A DNA stretch of 64,000 nucleotides from NCBI GenBank assembly GCA_013426015.1, contig CP058998.1, forward strand, positions 724,071-788,070. The letters run 5' to 3'. Position numbers and translations under genes: made by a program. The notes beneath the pieces are model-generated. The model saw only the letters and a list, made by a program, of their open reading frames with translations. It did not search any database and was not told where the DNA came from. The stretch is from Candidatus Fermentimicrarchaeum limneticum. GTDB lineage: Archaea; Micrarchaeota; Micrarchaeia; Burarchaeales; Fermentimicrarchaeaceae. This document shows, piece after piece, positions 61,822-64,000 of this stretch (position 1 is its first letter; each line of letters begins with the position of its first letter).

Positions 61822-63408
61822 ATGAAAAAACAAAACATGAGCGATAGTATTGAGAAGGCTAGCGAGGAGGTTGCACAACTCATTCTCAAAGACAGGATAA
61901 GAAACAGGATGGGGCTGTGGGATGCAAAGATTCGCGCCAGCGAGAAATACGGTATTGCTGGTGTGATACGAAATTCTGACGTACTGCGGTGCATACCTGA
62001 GGGAAAAAGGAGAAAGTTCGCTGAGCTTCTTAGAATACGACCGATGAGGACGATTTCTGGCGTGAATGTGATAGCAGTTATGACAAGGGGCGAGTGCCCT
62101 GGCAGGTGCATATACTGCCCGAGAGGGGAGAATGCGCCTAAGAGCTACACTGGCAGGGAGCCGGCTGCCATGAGGGCGATACAGAACGAGTATGATCCTT
62201 TGAGGCAGGTGGATTCCAGAGTGAGGCAACTCGAGGAGATAGGGCACAAGGTGAGCAAGTGCGAGCTCATCATAATGGGCGGGACGTTCAACTCCATGCC
62301 GCAGGAGTACCAGCAGTGGTTTGTCAAGAGATGTTTTGACGCACTGAACGGGGTTGAGTCAAAAACTCTTGAGGAAGCGCAGCTTGCAAACGAGAACGCC
62401 GTGAGGAGGATGGTCGGGCTGACGATAGAGACGAGGCCGGACTGGGCCGGAAGGAAGGAGGTTGACGAACTGCTGCGCTACGGAACAACAAGGATTGAGC
62501 TGGGTGTGCAGACGCTTGACGATGAGGTTTACAGGAAGGTGAAGAGAGGACACGGAGTGAAGGAGGTCGCTGAGGCGACAAGAGTATGCAAGGATTCCCT
62601 CCTGAAAGTCTTATACCACATGATGCCTGGCTTGTTTGCGGAGAAGAAGGACGATATTAGGAATTTCAAAACTCTTTTTGAGGATAGAAGGTTCATGCCT
62701 GACATGCTGAAGATATATCCCTGCCTTGTCATGGAGGGAACCGAGCTGCACAGACTGTGGAGGGATGGGAAGTTCAAACCATATTCAACAGAGGAAGCGG
62801 CGGAGGTAATTGCGGAAGCAATGAAATTCGTGCCACGCTATGTGAGAGTTATGAGGGTGCAGAGGGACATTCCCTCCCATCTGATTGCTGATGGAGTGAG
62901 GAAGAGCAACCTGAGACAACTGGTTGAACAGAAGCTGGTTAAGGATGGAAGAAGGTGCGAGTGCATACGCTGCAGGGAGATAGGCTACAGGATTATGAAG
63001 GATGGGATAGAACCTGAGTTGGACAGCATCAAGCTGAACAGGATGGATTACGATGCTTCCGAAGGGAAGGAAATCTTCCTAAGCTTTGATGAGATGAAGC
63101 ATGATGCGCTGCTGGGGTTACTGAGGCTGAGGATTCCGTCTGAGAAGACTCACAGGAAGGAACTGAAGGGAGCCGCAGGTGTTAGGGAGCTGCACGTTTA
63201 CGGGGAGATGCTGCCCGTTGGTGAGAAAAGGGTTAAGGAGTTCCAGCACATGGGTCTGGGAACGAAATTGCTGAAGGAAGCTGAAAAAATAGCAAAAGAG
63301 GAGTTCGACTGCAGGAAGCTTGCAGTCATAAGTGGAGTTGGGGCTAGGGAATACTACTTCAAGCTCGGGTATAAAAGGGATGGTCCCTACGTTTCAAAAA
63401 TGCTATAG
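61822..63408 (+). CDS. elp3: Elongator protein 3 homologue (radical-SAM + GNAT tRNA-modifying enzyme)
   Basis: Radical SAM CPGRCIYCP cluster motif; C-terminal GNAT domain; 528 aa. Confidence 0.9.
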   Translation: MKKQNMSDSIEKASEEVAQLILKDRIRNRMGLWDAKIRASEKYGIAGVIRNSDVLRCIPEGKRRKFAELLRIRPMRTISGVNVIAVMTRGECPGRCIYCPRGENAPKSYTGREPAAMRAIQNEYDPLRQVDSRVRQLEEIGHKVSKCELIIMGGTFNSMPQEYQQWFVKRCFDALNGVESKTLEEAQLANENAVRRMVGLTIETRPDWAGRKEVDELLRYGTTRIELGVQTLDDEVYRKVKRGHGVKEVAEATRVCKDSLLKVLYHMMPGLFAEKKDDIRNFKTLFEDRRFMPDMLKIYPCLVMEGTELHRLWRDGKFKPYSTEEAAEVIAEAMKFVPRYVRVMRVQRDIPSHLIADGVRKSNLRQLVEQKLVKDGRRCECIRCREIGYRIMKDGIEPELDSIKLNRMDYDASEGKEIFLSFDEMKHDALLGLLRLRIPSEKTHRKELKGAAGVRELHVYGEMLPVGEKRVKEFQHMGLGTKLLKEAEKIAKEEFDCRKLAVISGVGAREYYFKLGYKRDGPYVSKML

Positions 63409-64000
63409 GTCATAGACCACTCCCGGTACTTTGGGGAAGAGCTGTGTTTCCCCCAAATGCTGCACTCCTGCTATCCAGCCTACAAGTCTTTCAATTCCAA
63501 TCCCTGCCCCCGCTGATGGCTTCATTCTGCGTTCCTTGGCCAGTTTCAGCAATAGGGCGTAGTTCTCCTTCTTTATGCCGTTGTCTCTCTCCATTTTTCT
63601 TATTATTTTATCGTGCTCCCACTCCCTCCTTGCACCGGAGAGCACCTCTCCGTATTGGGGCAGGAAAAGGTCATAGTTATCCCACACACCAGTTTCAAAA
63701 TCCTCAAAGTCGTAGAACTCGCGGGGTATGTCTGTAACCCACACCGGGTCGCGTATTTCAGATACCAAGCGGCGCTCCCAGCCAGTCCCGTATTTTTTTT
63801 CAAGCTCCCTCCTTGGATATTCCCTGAATGGCATCTTGGGTACTCTCAGGGAGTGGTACCTTCCAAGATAGGTGAGCTCCTCCCTCAGCTCTCTCTTCAG
63901 GTTACCAATCAGTCCAGAAAGCACTGTCTCAACAAGTCTTCTGATCTCTTTTGAGGTTGCGTCCCTGACTTCAAAATCCAGCTGGGTGAACTCGTAGACA
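63403..64000 (-). CDS. Class II aminoacyl-tRNA synthetase-like catalytic domain (AsnA/AsxRS-type), C-terminal part; 5' end lies outside the window
   Basis: Frame open to window edge (…VYEFTQLDFEVRD… motif-2-like); motif 3 GAGIGIERLV. Confidence 0.6.
   Translation of the reverse strand, partial: VYEFTQLDFEVRDATSKEIRRLVETVLSGLIGNLKRELREELTYLGRYHSLRVPKMPFREYPRRELEKKYGTGWERRLVSEIRDPVWVTDIPREFYDFEDFETGVWDNYDLFLPQYGEVLSGARREWEHDKIIRKMERDNGIKKENYALLLKLAKERRMKPSAGAGIGIERLVGWIAGVQHLGETQLFPKVPGVVYDL

Overview
Archaeal chromosomal segment, about 50% GC, dominated by information-processing genes. It carries the EF-2/S7/S12/NusA/L30e/RNA polymerase (A'', A', B', B'', H) block on the minus strand, the long L3-to-SecY ribosomal protein operon with adk, cmk, L14e and Cbf5 on the plus strand, then the S13-S4-S11-RpoD and L18e-L13-S9-RpoN-S2 clusters. 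A 16S–tRNA-Ala–23S rRNA operon lies on the minus strand, and the 16S gene is interrupted by a ~524-nt intron encoding a LAGLIDADG-like endonuclease ORF. Eight tRNA genes were found by hand-folding; seven appear to carry introns, several at non-canonical positions (D-loop, T-loop), and an SRP (7S) RNA is present. Between the core blocks sit accessory regions: (i) downstream of an intron-containing tRNA-Trp, two att-like partial repeats of the tRNA 3' end delimit two cargo genes (a collagen-like lipoprotein and an 836-aa protein of unknown function), with no integrase; (ii) two paralogous Cys-rich tandem-repeat lipoproteins with many N-glycosylation sequons; (iii) a compact group-4-like [NiFe] hydrogenase module lacking the usual large membrane subunits. 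All calls rest on reading the translations and hand-folding RNAs; no database search was run. Lineage (possibly a small-genome DPANN-like archaeon) is inference only.
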